A stretch of 24,000 bases of DNA, from positions 20,454-44,453 of the forward strand of contig JAPZAP010000084.1 in the NCBI GenBank assembly GCA_027460585.1, written 5' to 3'. Source of the DNA: Candidatus Methanoperedens sp. (GTDB lineage: Archaea; Halobacteriota; Methanosarcinia; Methanosarcinales; Methanoperedenaceae). Below, in pieces: positions 16,273-24,000 of this stretch (position 1 is its first letter; every line of letters begins with the position of its first letter). The notes under the pieces are model-generated. The model worked only from the letters and a program-made list of their open reading frames with translations. It searched no databases and had not been told where the DNA came from. The position numbers and the translations under genes were made by a program.

Positions 16273-16545
16273 ATGCCAAAAATCAAGGTGAGGCTGTTCG
16301 CGAATTTCAGGGAATTCACAAAAACCGGTGAACTTGAGATCGAAGGAAATACGGTAAAAGATGTACTTGAAAGAATTTGCAGTAAATATCCTGAGCTTGA
16401 AAATATTTTGTTCAAAGATGGGAATTTACAGCCTTATGTCAATATTTTCTTAAATGGGGAAAATATTAATGAATCAGGCGGACTGGACAGCTCTCTTGAA
16501 CAAGGTGATGAGATCGCTATTTTTCCTCCTGTATCAGGTGGCTGA
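16273..16545 (+). CDS. moaD: MoaD/ThiS-family ubiquitin-like small protein (MPT synthase small subunit or SAMP)
   Basis: It begins MPKIKVRLFANFRE and ends ...IAIFPPVSGG with a terminal Gly-Gly. The track ORF starts at 16246, but the M at 16273 gives the usual family N-terminus. The stop overlaps the moeA start. Confidence 0.75.
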   Translation: MPKIKVRLFANFREFTKTGELEIEGNTVKDVLERICSKYPELENILFKDGNLQPYVNIFLNGENINESGGLDSSLEQGDEIAIFPPVSGG

Positions 16546-17723
16546 TGTTCAGGAAAAGGATTAATGCAGATGAGGCAAGGGAATTATTTCTGAATTCATT
16601 TCCTCCTATTCCGGAAATAGAGGTTTTGCCCATAGAAGCCTGCGATGGAAGGATAATTGCAGAAAATATCATTGCCAGCATTGATGTGCCTCATTACAGG
16701 CGGGCAGCCATGGATGGTTTTGCCGTTATCGCTTCGGAAACACTAGGAGCTGGCCCAGGTTCGCCTGTTATGCTAAGATTGGCGAATACAATAGAAAAAG
16801 GGACGTGCGTAAGGGTTCACACCGGCTCGCCCATGCCGGAAGGCGCAGATGCAGTCGTTATGATGGAAGATACGGAACTTTTGGACGACAGGGTGCAGAT
16901 TTTAGCCCAGATACATCCTTTCAAGAACGTCGGGGCAATCGGTGAAGATGTCCGGAAAGGTGAACTTATTCAAGAGCGGGGGCACAAACTTCGCCCTTGT
17001 GATATTGCTGTCCTTGCGTCCCTTGGTATTAGAAGTTTGAAGGTTTTCAGAAGGCCTTTAGTTGTAATAATTCCTACAGGAGAGGAGCTTGTACAGAGGG
17101 ATAAAAAGTACTTAAAGCCAGGGGAAGTGTATGAAACAAATGGCTTGATGGCTTCGATGTATGTAAAAAAATGGGGCTGTGACGTACGTTTGCTAAAGAT
17201 CGTGACTGATTCTCCTGATCTAATAAAAGAAGCGATTTTATCAAATCTTGATGCTGATATGGTCATAACAAGCGGCGGGACTTCTGTTGGGAAACGCGAT
17301 TATGTCCCTGCCGTTGTGGATTCTATAGGAAAACTGCTCGTGCATGGTGTCGGGATAAGTCCTGGCAAACCCACGGCGCTTGGAATTATAGAAGGAAAAC
17401 CTGTTGTATGTATGCCTGGATATCCTGTTGCAGGTATCGTTGCGCTGTTTTATTTTGCAAGATCAGCTATCAGGAAGCTTGGGAATATCCCGGATGAGCA
17501 AGATAGGATCGTTCGCGCCGAACTTAGCGAAAAGATCACAGGAAGAACAGGCTATAAAACATTTGCCCGTGTCAAATTGGATAATGGTAAAGCCATTCCT
17601 CTATCAACTTCAGGCGCGGGGATATTAAGTTCCGTGTCAAAGGCTGACGGTTTCGTGATACTGCCTGAAAATGTTGAAGGTTTTAATGCTGGTGAAGAAG
17701 TTGATATAGTATTGATTGAATGA
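16545..17723 (+). CDS. moeA: Molybdopterin molybdenumtransferase MoeA
   Basis: 392 aa. It shows RRAAMDGFAV, TGSPMPEGADAVV, IIPTGEEL, SGGTSVGKRDY, MPGYPVAG, and a C-terminal beta-barrel domain. Confidence 0.9.
   Translation: MFRKRINADEARELFLNSFPPIPEIEVLPIEACDGRIIAENIIASIDVPHYRRAAMDGFAVIASETLGAGPGSPVMLRLANTIEKGTCVRVHTGSPMPEGADAVVMMEDTELLDDRVQILAQIHPFKNVGAIGEDVRKGELIQERGHKLRPCDIAVLASLGIRSLKVFRRPLVVIIPTGEELVQRDKKYLKPGEVYETNGLMASMYVKKWGCDVRLLKIVTDSPDLIKEAILSNLDADMVITSGGTSVGKRDYVPAVVDSIGKLLVHGVGISPGKPTALGIIEGKPVVCMPGYPVAGIVALFYFARSAIRKLGNIPDEQDRIVRAELSEKITGRTGYKTFARVKLDNGKAIPLSTSGAGILSSVSKADGFVILPENVEGFNAGEEVDIVLIE
17675..17704 (+). repeat. Direct repeat copy 1 (30 bp, inside the moeA 3' end): tgaaggttttaatgctggtgaagaagttga
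   Basis: It is perfectly identical to 18029-18058 by my manual alignment. Confidence 0.9.
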
Positions 17724-17754
17724 ATTTATATCGTATAATGTTATTCGTATAACT

Positions 17755-18074
17755 ATGACAGAAGGAAAAGCAGTGCTTTATCCTCATCGTGGAAGCCCGG
17801 CATCTGTAAGGAGTTTGCATGATATCATCAAGCACGAAGGTACGATTGATGAAGGCATAGAAGAAGGATATGCAGCCATGGGAGCAGAATGAGATATACG
17901 CTTCATGAAGGGGAAAAAACTTACAGAGCATAAAATATCGAAAATATTGTTACCGATGACAACCATTTCGATAATGTTGAGAGATTAAAGAGATTAGATA
18001 TCATGGAATTCAAGTTTGAGTGAAATTTTGAAGGTTTTAATGCTGGTGAAGAAGTTGAAATCGTCCAGATATAA
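17755..18074 (+). pseudogene. Decayed duplicate of the last roughly 107 codons of a moeA gene
   Basis: MTEGKAVLYPHRGSPASV.. parallels moeA EGKPVVCMPGYPVAGIV. After a frameshift, ..EKTYRA*NIEN.. parallels GYKTFARVKLDN. It ends *NFEGFNAGEEVEIVQI*, against moeA ENVEGFNAGEEVDIVLIE*. Segment lengths are nearly collinear (38 against 40 residues between landmarks), and two in-frame stops are present. Confidence 0.55.
18029..18058 (+). repeat. Direct repeat copy 2 (30 bp) at the end of the moeA remnant
   Basis: It is identical to 17675-17704, and the core-to-core distance is 354 bp. Confidence 0.9.
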
Positions 18075-18122
18075 ATTGTTAAATACGATGTTATACCTAA
18101 AGATAGATGGAGACTAAACTAA

Positions 18123-19751
18123 ATGGCAGTATTAAACTTTAAGGGGAAAACATTTGTTCAAAATCATCATCTTGCAGTAAAGTATCATCAGCTTTTACCC
18201 CAGAAAGATAAAAGCCAGACAGATAAAGTCAGCCTGAATGATAATCTTATAATCCACGGGGACAACCTCAAAGCTTTGAAAGCTCTCCTACCATCATATG
18301 CAGGTAAAATAAAGTGCATTTACATTGATCCTCCTTATAACACAGGAAATGAAAATTGGGTTTACAACGATAATGTCAATAGCCCGATGATGCAGGATTG
18401 GCTGGGGAAGGTTGTAGATAAAGAAGATTTTACAAGGCATGATAAATGGCTCTGCATGATGATGCCGAGATTGAAGCTTTTGCGGGAATTGTTAAGAGAC
18501 GATGGAGTTATTTTTGTCAGTATTGATGACAATGAACAACATCGATTAAGATTTTTAATGGATGAGGTATTCGGAGAAGAAAATTTTATTGCCAATATTA
18601 TCTGGCAAAAAAAATTTTCACCTCAAAATGACGCTAAATTCTTTTCGGATAATCACGATTTTATAGTTGTTTATGCCAAGAAGAAAAATGGTGGAGAAGA
18701 AATAGGTGGCTGGGTACGTAAATTATTGCCTAGAACTGAACAAATGGAAGAGAGATATTCTAATCCCGATAACGATCATCGAGGGCCGTGGAGTTCCGGA
18801 GATTTATCAGTCAAAACATATTCTAAAGCGTATGATTATCCAATTACAACACCGTCAGGCAAAATAATAAATCCTACCAAAGGACGATGCTGGTACACTT
18901 CAAAAGAAAATCTGCAAAAGTTAATTGAAGATAATAGAGTTTGGTTTGGAGAAAAAGGAGATAATGTTCCACGCATAAAACGATTTCTTTCTGAAGTACA
19001 ATCTGGATTAGTACCTGTTACAATATGGTTACATCAAGATGTTGGGCATAATCAACAAGCACGACAGGAATTAAAAGAGATATTTTTGGATGTTGACTTT
19101 CCATTTGAAACGCCAAAACCAGTAGCATTACTTAAAAGAATATTACAACTTTCAACAAGTAAAGATTCCATCATCCTTGATTCTTTCGCAGGCTCCGGCA
19201 CAACAGCTCATGCTGTTTTAGAATTAAATAAAGAAGATAGTGGCAATCGCAAATTTATCTTGGTAGAGTGTGAAGACTACGCAGATAAAATAACAGCAGA
19301 AAGAGTAAGAAGGGTAATAAAAGGTGTCCCGAATGCAAAAGACGAAACTTTAAAGAAAGGATTAGGCGGCACATTCAGTTATTTTGAACTTGGCGATCCT
19401 ATTGAGATGGAAAGTATTCTGGAAGGAAAGAATCTTCCAGATTATCTTGAACTTGCCCGCTATGTCTTTTATACGGCTACAGGTGAAGAATTTGACTCCG
19501 AGAAAGTTGATGAAAAACGCAATTTTATTGGTGAATCTAAAGAGTATGAAGTATATTTATTCTACAAGCCTGATATTGAATATTTAAGAACGACGGCGCT
19601 TACTCTTGATAAAGCAAAAAATTTAGGTGAGTATAAAGATAAAAAACGGTTAGTTTTTGCGCCAAGCAAGTATTTAGACCATGATTATCTTCTGAAATAC
19701 CGCATAGACTATTGCCAGTTGCCTTTTGAGATATATAAACTGAAGAGTTAG
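18123..19751 (+). CDS. mod: Type III restriction-modification DNA methyltransferase (Mod), beta-class N6A/N4C methylase
   Basis: 542 aa. Motif IV IDPPYNTG (nt 18327-18338) precedes motif I DSFAGSGTTAHAV, with a variable region between them (the beta-class order typical of Type III Mod). It lies directly upstream of res. Confidence 0.85.
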   Translation: MAVLNFKGKTFVQNHHLAVKYHQLLPQKDKSQTDKVSLNDNLIIHGDNLKALKALLPSYAGKIKCIYIDPPYNTGNENWVYNDNVNSPMMQDWLGKVVDKEDFTRHDKWLCMMMPRLKLLRELLRDDGVIFVSIDDNEQHRLRFLMDEVFGEENFIANIIWQKKFSPQNDAKFFSDNHDFIVVYAKKKNGGEEIGGWVRKLLPRTEQMEERYSNPDNDHRGPWSSGDLSVKTYSKAYDYPITTPSGKIINPTKGRCWYTSKENLQKLIEDNRVWFGEKGDNVPRIKRFLSEVQSGLVPVTIWLHQDVGHNQQARQELKEIFLDVDFPFETPKPVALLKRILQLSTSKDSIILDSFAGSGTTAHAVLELNKEDSGNRKFILVECEDYADKITAERVRRVIKGVPNAKDETLKKGLGGTFSYFELGDPIEMESILEGKNLPDYLELARYVFYTATGEEFDSEKVDEKRNFIGESKEYEVYLFYKPDIEYLRTTALTLDKAKNLGEYKDKKRLVFAPSKYLDHDYLLKYRIDYCQLPFEIYKLKS

Positions 19752-19753
19752 GT

Positions 19754-22267
19754 ATGGAACTTAAAGAATATCAGAAAAAGACATTGGAAACAATAAAACT
19801 TTATCTTGATTCCCTGGCTGATTTTAAAGCAAAGAATGATAAGGCTGTTGAAATAGACCCTGAACTCTCTATCGATTTTCCATTAAAAGCATGGGAAAAA
19901 GTTATTGGGAGAACATATTATTCTAAGAAAAATGGCCTGGGTGAAGAACTACCGGATTTTTACATTAAGATTCCCACAGGAGGCGGTAAAACGGTACTTG
20001 CCTGCCATACTATAGACCTGATCAATAAAATATATCTTAAAAAACAAACCGGAATTGTTTTATGGATTGTTCCAACAACACAGATTTATAGACAAACACT
20101 TGACAATTTAAGAAATCGTGAGCATCCATATCGTCAGGTGTTAGATATTTCAAGCGGCGGCAGAACACAAATTCTGGAAAAAATGGATAAATTCAGCGCT
20201 TTAGATATAAAAGAAAATCTTGTTGTAATGCTTTTGATGCTACCGTCTGCAAGTAGACAGAATAAAGAAGTACTAAAGATATTCAAAGACAGCGGGAGTT
20301 TTGCGGACTTTTTTCCACAGGAAGATGATAGGGAAGGACATGAGAAACTCATTAAACAATTTCCCAATTTACATTATTTTGGCGATGAAATTGGATTTTT
20401 CGGGAAAATTGCAAAAACATCCCTTGGGAATACACTGAGGATTTTAGAACCCATAATTATTATTGATGAAGGGCACAAAGCATATAGCGAAATTGCACAA
20501 AAAACAATCCGGGATTTTAATCCTTCCATAGTTGTTGAATTATCAGCCACACCGCCTCATAACAGCAATAATTTAGTTAATATCAGCGGACAGGAACTTA
20601 ACTTGGAGGACATGATAAAACTTGATTTGCATATTACTAATAAAGCAGAACCAGACTGGCAAAATACAATGCTTGCAAGTGTAGAAAAAAGAAACTTTCT
20701 GGAACAAAAAGCCAAAGAATATGAAGCTAATACAGGTGAATTTATCCGCCCTATATGTCTCATACAGGTCGAACGAACAGGTAATGACCAAAAAGGTACA
20801 AAATATATTCATGCTGAGGAGGTTAAAGATTATTTAATCAAACAATGCGGTATCCCAATTGAGCAGATAGCAATAAAAAGTAGCGAAAAAGATGATATTG
20901 AAGGAATAGAGCTATTAGCTAAAGATTGTCATGTTCGTTATATAATCACCAAACACGCATTACAAGAGGGTTGGGACTGCGCATTTGCATATATTCTCAC
21001 AATTTTGACTAATCCGGGTTCAGAGCTTAGTATCACTCAATTGGTTGGACGGATTTTAAGGCAGCCAAAAGCAAGAAAAACTAAGGTTAAGGAGCTTGAC
21101 GAGAGTTACGTTTTCTGTTTCAGACCGCGAGCAACAGAAATCTTAGAAAATATAAGGAAAGGATTTGAAGGGGAAGGACTTGGGGATTTAGCTGGCAAAG
21201 TTGTAGTTGAAGAAGGCGAATCCGAAATTGTGGATGCTACAAAAGAAAGAATTGTAGGTTATAGAGACAAATTTAAAAAGTTTGAAGGGAAAATATATCT
21301 CCCCAAATTCGTAATTCAGGAAAATGGAGGTTGGCGGGATATCAATTATGAAATGGATATACTAAGTAGAATCAATTGGAGTATGGTTAATTTTGATGGA
21401 TTGATGAACATTTCACTTTCTGAGATAAAGGCTAAAGAAGAAAATGTTACAATAGGAATCAGTGAAGATACAAAGAAATTAATTGAAACAAAAGAAATAA
21501 TTTTTGGCGAAGGTGGATTGGAAATCGACAATGTTTTTATAACACGACAGATTTTAGATATTGTCCCAAATCCATGGGAAGCATTTGAAATTGCTAAAAA
21601 TACCATAGATATATTCCTAAAAAAGTATGATGAACATATATTAGCCAATAATCTTGTTTTTATTATTGATGAATTAAGAAAGCTTCTTGAAAAGGAACGA
21701 GATAAACTGGCAGAGTCTATTTTCAGAGAACAAATATCTAAAAAAACCATGTTCTTTTTCTTGCTTCACGGTAAAGGAGGATATGAATTACCAAGCAGAA
21801 TCAAAGTTAAAAAAAATTCAAAACCTCTTATTAGAAATGATTACACCTCTTTACAAAGAAGTTTATTTGATTTTGTAGAGGACGAAAAATTTAATAATAC
21901 TGAGAAAGCAGTGGCGCTTTATCTCGATGAGCAGGAAAAACTTCTATGGTGGTATAGAAACATGTCGAGACAAGATTACTATTTGCAAGGGTGGAAGAAA
22001 AATAGAGTTTATCCAGATTTTATTTTCTCCGAAATTGATAGTAATGTGCAGGATGATTATAGTAAAGTATTCGTTGTTGAAACAAAGGGATTACATCTAA
22101 AAAACGAGGATACTGATTACAAAAAGAATATCTTTGATTTTTGCAATAAGCTGGGGATACAAAAAAATTGGACTGAGTTGAACATAGAATTTGATCAAAA
22201 TATAGAATTTCAAGTGATTTTTGAAGATGAGTGGAAAGCAAAAATAAATGGAATATTTGGAGTATGA
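19754..22267 (+). CDS. res: Type III restriction enzyme Res subunit (SF2 helicase plus C-terminal PD-(D/E)xK nuclease)
   Basis: 837 aa. It has Walker A IPTGGGKT, DEGH box IIIIDEGHK, SATPP, and motif VI QLVGRILRQ. The C-terminal YPDFIF...VFVVETKG is a nuclease-like motif. It starts 2 nt after mod. Confidence 0.85.
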   Translation: MELKEYQKKTLETIKLYLDSLADFKAKNDKAVEIDPELSIDFPLKAWEKVIGRTYYSKKNGLGEELPDFYIKIPTGGGKTVLACHTIDLINKIYLKKQTGIVLWIVPTTQIYRQTLDNLRNREHPYRQVLDISSGGRTQILEKMDKFSALDIKENLVVMLLMLPSASRQNKEVLKIFKDSGSFADFFPQEDDREGHEKLIKQFPNLHYFGDEIGFFGKIAKTSLGNTLRILEPIIIIDEGHKAYSEIAQKTIRDFNPSIVVELSATPPHNSNNLVNISGQELNLEDMIKLDLHITNKAEPDWQNTMLASVEKRNFLEQKAKEYEANTGEFIRPICLIQVERTGNDQKGTKYIHAEEVKDYLIKQCGIPIEQIAIKSSEKDDIEGIELLAKDCHVRYIITKHALQEGWDCAFAYILTILTNPGSELSITQLVGRILRQPKARKTKVKELDESYVFCFRPRATEILENIRKGFEGEGLGDLAGKVVVEEGESEIVDATKERIVGYRDKFKKFEGKIYLPKFVIQENGGWRDINYEMDILSRINWSMVNFDGLMNISLSEIKAKEENVTIGISEDTKKLIETKEIIFGEGGLEIDNVFITRQILDIVPNPWEAFEIAKNTIDIFLKKYDEHILANNLVFIIDELRKLLEKERDKLAESIFREQISKKTMFFFLLHGKGGYELPSRIKVKKNSKPLIRNDYTSLQRSLFDFVEDEKFNNTEKAVALYLDEQEKLLWWYRNMSRQDYYLQGWKKNRVYPDFIFSEIDSNVQDDYSKVFVVETKGLHLKNEDTDYKKNIFDFCNKLGIQKNWTELNIEFDQNIEFQVIFEDEWKAKINGIFGV

Positions 22268-22330
22268 ACCATAATAATAAATTTTTAAAGAACACTAATC
22301 TTTACCAAAACGGATCTATGAGGAGGGGTC

Positions 22331-23437
22331 ATGAAACTCTATGAATATGCTGCCAAGGAAATCTTCTTAAAATATGACATCCCCATCCCAAAGGGCAGCC
22401 TTGTTTCAGATGTTAATAGCGCCGTTGATACAGTAAAACGGATGGGAGATGTTGTCCTGAAAGCACAGGTGCTGACAGGCGGGCGTGGAAAAGCCGGGGG
22501 CATTGCAAGGGCAAAAGATGCAAATGAGGCAACATCCAATGCACAGCGTATTCTCGGAATGGAAATAAAAGGATTTCCTGTGAAAAAACTGCTTGTGGAG
22601 GAATACAGGCAACCTTTAAAAGAGATGTATCTTGGAATAACCATCGACAGGCAGGCAAAATGTCCTGTAATAATGGTAAGTCCCAGCGGCGGCATTGATA
22701 TTGAAGAGGTAGCTAGGAATTCCCCTGATAAGATAATCAAGATGAACGTTCATCCTCTTTCAGGTTTACATGATTACCAGGCAAGGACACTTGCAAATTC
22801 GCTTGACAGGGCAAAAAGTCGCGAAATCATCGATATTATAAAAAAGCTGTATCGCATTTTCATTGATAATGATTGCCAGCTTGCCGAAATAAATCCACTG
22901 GCAGAGACCGAAAAAGGGATCATCGCCCTTGATGCGAAAATGATCATTGACGATAACGCCCTTTTCAGGCATGATTTTAAAGGAGAGGAAACAAACTCTC
23001 TTGAGGAAGTCGCACAGAAAAACGGAATGAGTTATGTGGGGCTTGATGGCGATATCGGATGCATAGTGAATGGCGCAGGACTTGCGATGGCGACACTTGA
23101 CATGGTAACACAATACGGAGGAAAACCTGCGAATTTCATGGACGTCAGGGCGGGAGCTAATGCGGAACAGGTAAAAGCAGCCCTGAGTATAGTTTCATCT
23201 AACAGGAATGTAAAAGCAATAATCATCAACATTTTCGGGGGATTGACTAAATGCGATGAAGCAGCCCGCGGGATAATAGAAATATTTCCCCTTATCAGGA
23301 AACCGATTATTGTCAGGCTTTCGGGGACAAATGAAAAAGAAGGAAGAGCCATGCTTGGAAAATACGGGATACATATGGCAGCATCAACAGAAGAAGCAGC
23401 TAAAGGAGTTGTAGAGCTTGGGAATCCTGATAAATAA
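22331..23437 (+). CDS. sucC: Succinyl-CoA synthetase beta subunit (ADP/GDP-forming)
   Basis: 368 aa. It begins [20 protein letters not shown], then [14 protein letters not shown], and a C-terminal ligase-CoA domain with INIFGG. A GAGGAGG SD sequence lies 4 nt upstream. Confidence 0.9.
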   Translation: MKLYEYAAKEIFLKYDIPIPKGSLVSDVNSAVDTVKRMGDVVLKAQVLTGGRGKAGGIARAKDANEATSNAQRILGMEIKGFPVKKLLVEEYRQPLKEMYLGITIDRQAKCPVIMVSPSGGIDIEEVARNSPDKIIKMNVHPLSGLHDYQARTLANSLDRAKSREIIDIIKKLYRIFIDNDCQLAEINPLAETEKGIIALDAKMIIDDNALFRHDFKGEETNSLEEVAQKNGMSYVGLDGDIGCIVNGAGLAMATLDMVTQYGGKPANFMDVRAGANAEQVKAALSIVSSNRNVKAIIINIFGGLTKCDEAARGIIEIFPLIRKPIIVRLSGTNEKEGRAMLGKYGIHMAASTEEAAKGVVELGNPDK

Positions 23438-24000
23438 GGATACAAAAGTCATAGTGCAGGGAATCTCAGGAAAAGAAGGGTCACTACAGGCTAAATGGAT
23501 GATAGAGTTTGGAACAAAAATCGTTGGAGGGGTTACTCCTGGCAAAGGCGGTATTGAAGTCCAGAAAGTGCCTGTATTTGATTCTGTTAGGGAAGCAGTC
23601 GATGTGAATAAACCTGATGCTTCCGTAATTTTCGTCCCGCCGCAATTTGCAGCAGATGCCATTTTTGAAGCTGCCGATAACGGGATCGCATTAATTGTGT
23701 GCATCACTGAAGGTATCCCGGTTCACGATATGATGCGGGTATGCTCTTATCTTAAAACAACATCATCAAGGCTCCTGGGACCAAACTGCCCTGGCATTAC
23801 AGTACCGGGCGCTTCAAAGATAGGGATAATGCCAAATCCAATACACATGTCCGGCAATATCGGGGTCGTATCAAGAAGCGGGACGCTGACCTATGAAATT
23901 GTTGACCTGCTTTCAAGAAATGGCATCGGGCAGTCCGCATCTGTTGGTATTGGCGGCGACCCCGTCAACGGGACGTCATTTGTTGATGTACTGCAATTGT
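23418..24000 (+). CDS. sucD: Succinyl-CoA synthetase alpha subunit (3' end outside the window). The probable TTG start overlaps the sucC end.
   Basis: The frame opens after the TAG at 23412-23414. It reads (M)[21 protein letters not shown]...GVTPGKGG...FVPP.FAADAI.EA...[10 protein letters not shown]...GPNCPGI...SRSGTLTYE, the canonical SucD sequence. No ATG is available, and an AAGGAG SD sequence at 23403-23408 lies 9 nt before the TTG. Confidence 0.85.
   Translation, partial: MGILINKDTKVIVQGISGKEGSLQAKWMIEFGTKIVGGVTPGKGGIEVQKVPVFDSVREAVDVNKPDASVIFVPPQFAADAIFEAADNGIALIVCITEGIPVHDMMRVCSYLKTTSSRLLGPNCPGITVPGASKIGIMPNPIHMSGNIGVVSRSGTLTYEIVDLLSRNGIGQSASVGIGGDPVNGTSFVDVLQL

Noticed and set aside
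17683-17966. Minus-strand ORFs (82 and 60 aa) in the moeA-mod intergenic region.
   Set aside because: They run antisense to the moeA-like remnant, whose plus-strand frames show collinear similarity to MoeA. The translations are featureless.
18607-18614. An A8 homopolymer inside mod (plus A7-A8 runs in res) as possible phase-variation tracts.
   Set aside because: The whole cassette is very AT-rich, so such runs are expected by chance. Both genes are currently in frame, and the sequence alone gives no evidence of length heterogeneity.

Overview
This looks like an archaeal chromosomal segment. Gene content and protein style suggest a Methanosarcinales/ANME-2d-like euryarchaeon, but that is inference only, with no database search. 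The housekeeping backbone is cdc48 (5' partial)-hsp20, an amino-acid dehydrogenase-acdA-acdB operon, elp3, endonuclease Q, a TIGR03663/Agl23-like membrane protein, moaD-moeA, and sucC-sucD (3' partial). Four visibly AT-rich accessory islets sit between these genes. (1) About 1.6-5.8 kb holds an intact hicBA pair, a vapB-like gene coupled to a truncated PIN remnant, and a HicA-like remnant. It also holds a co-directional two-gene cassette: a 205-aa Cap12/Pycsar-type TIR-like protein followed by a 748-aa TPR protein built from about 12 units of an exact 138-nt tandem repeat. This cassette has no NTPase, cyclase or known sensor partner and is my best candidate for an undescribed defence or conflict module. 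(2) A HEPN-MNT pair lies between endoQ and elp3. (3) A tyrosine-recombinase N-terminal fragment lies next to a very AT-rich tract. (4) A complete Type III R-M (mod-res) island has, at its left junction, a decayed about 320-nt copy of the moeA 3' end that ends in a 30-bp perfect direct repeat of the intact moeA terminus. I found no rRNA, tRNA or CRISPR array.
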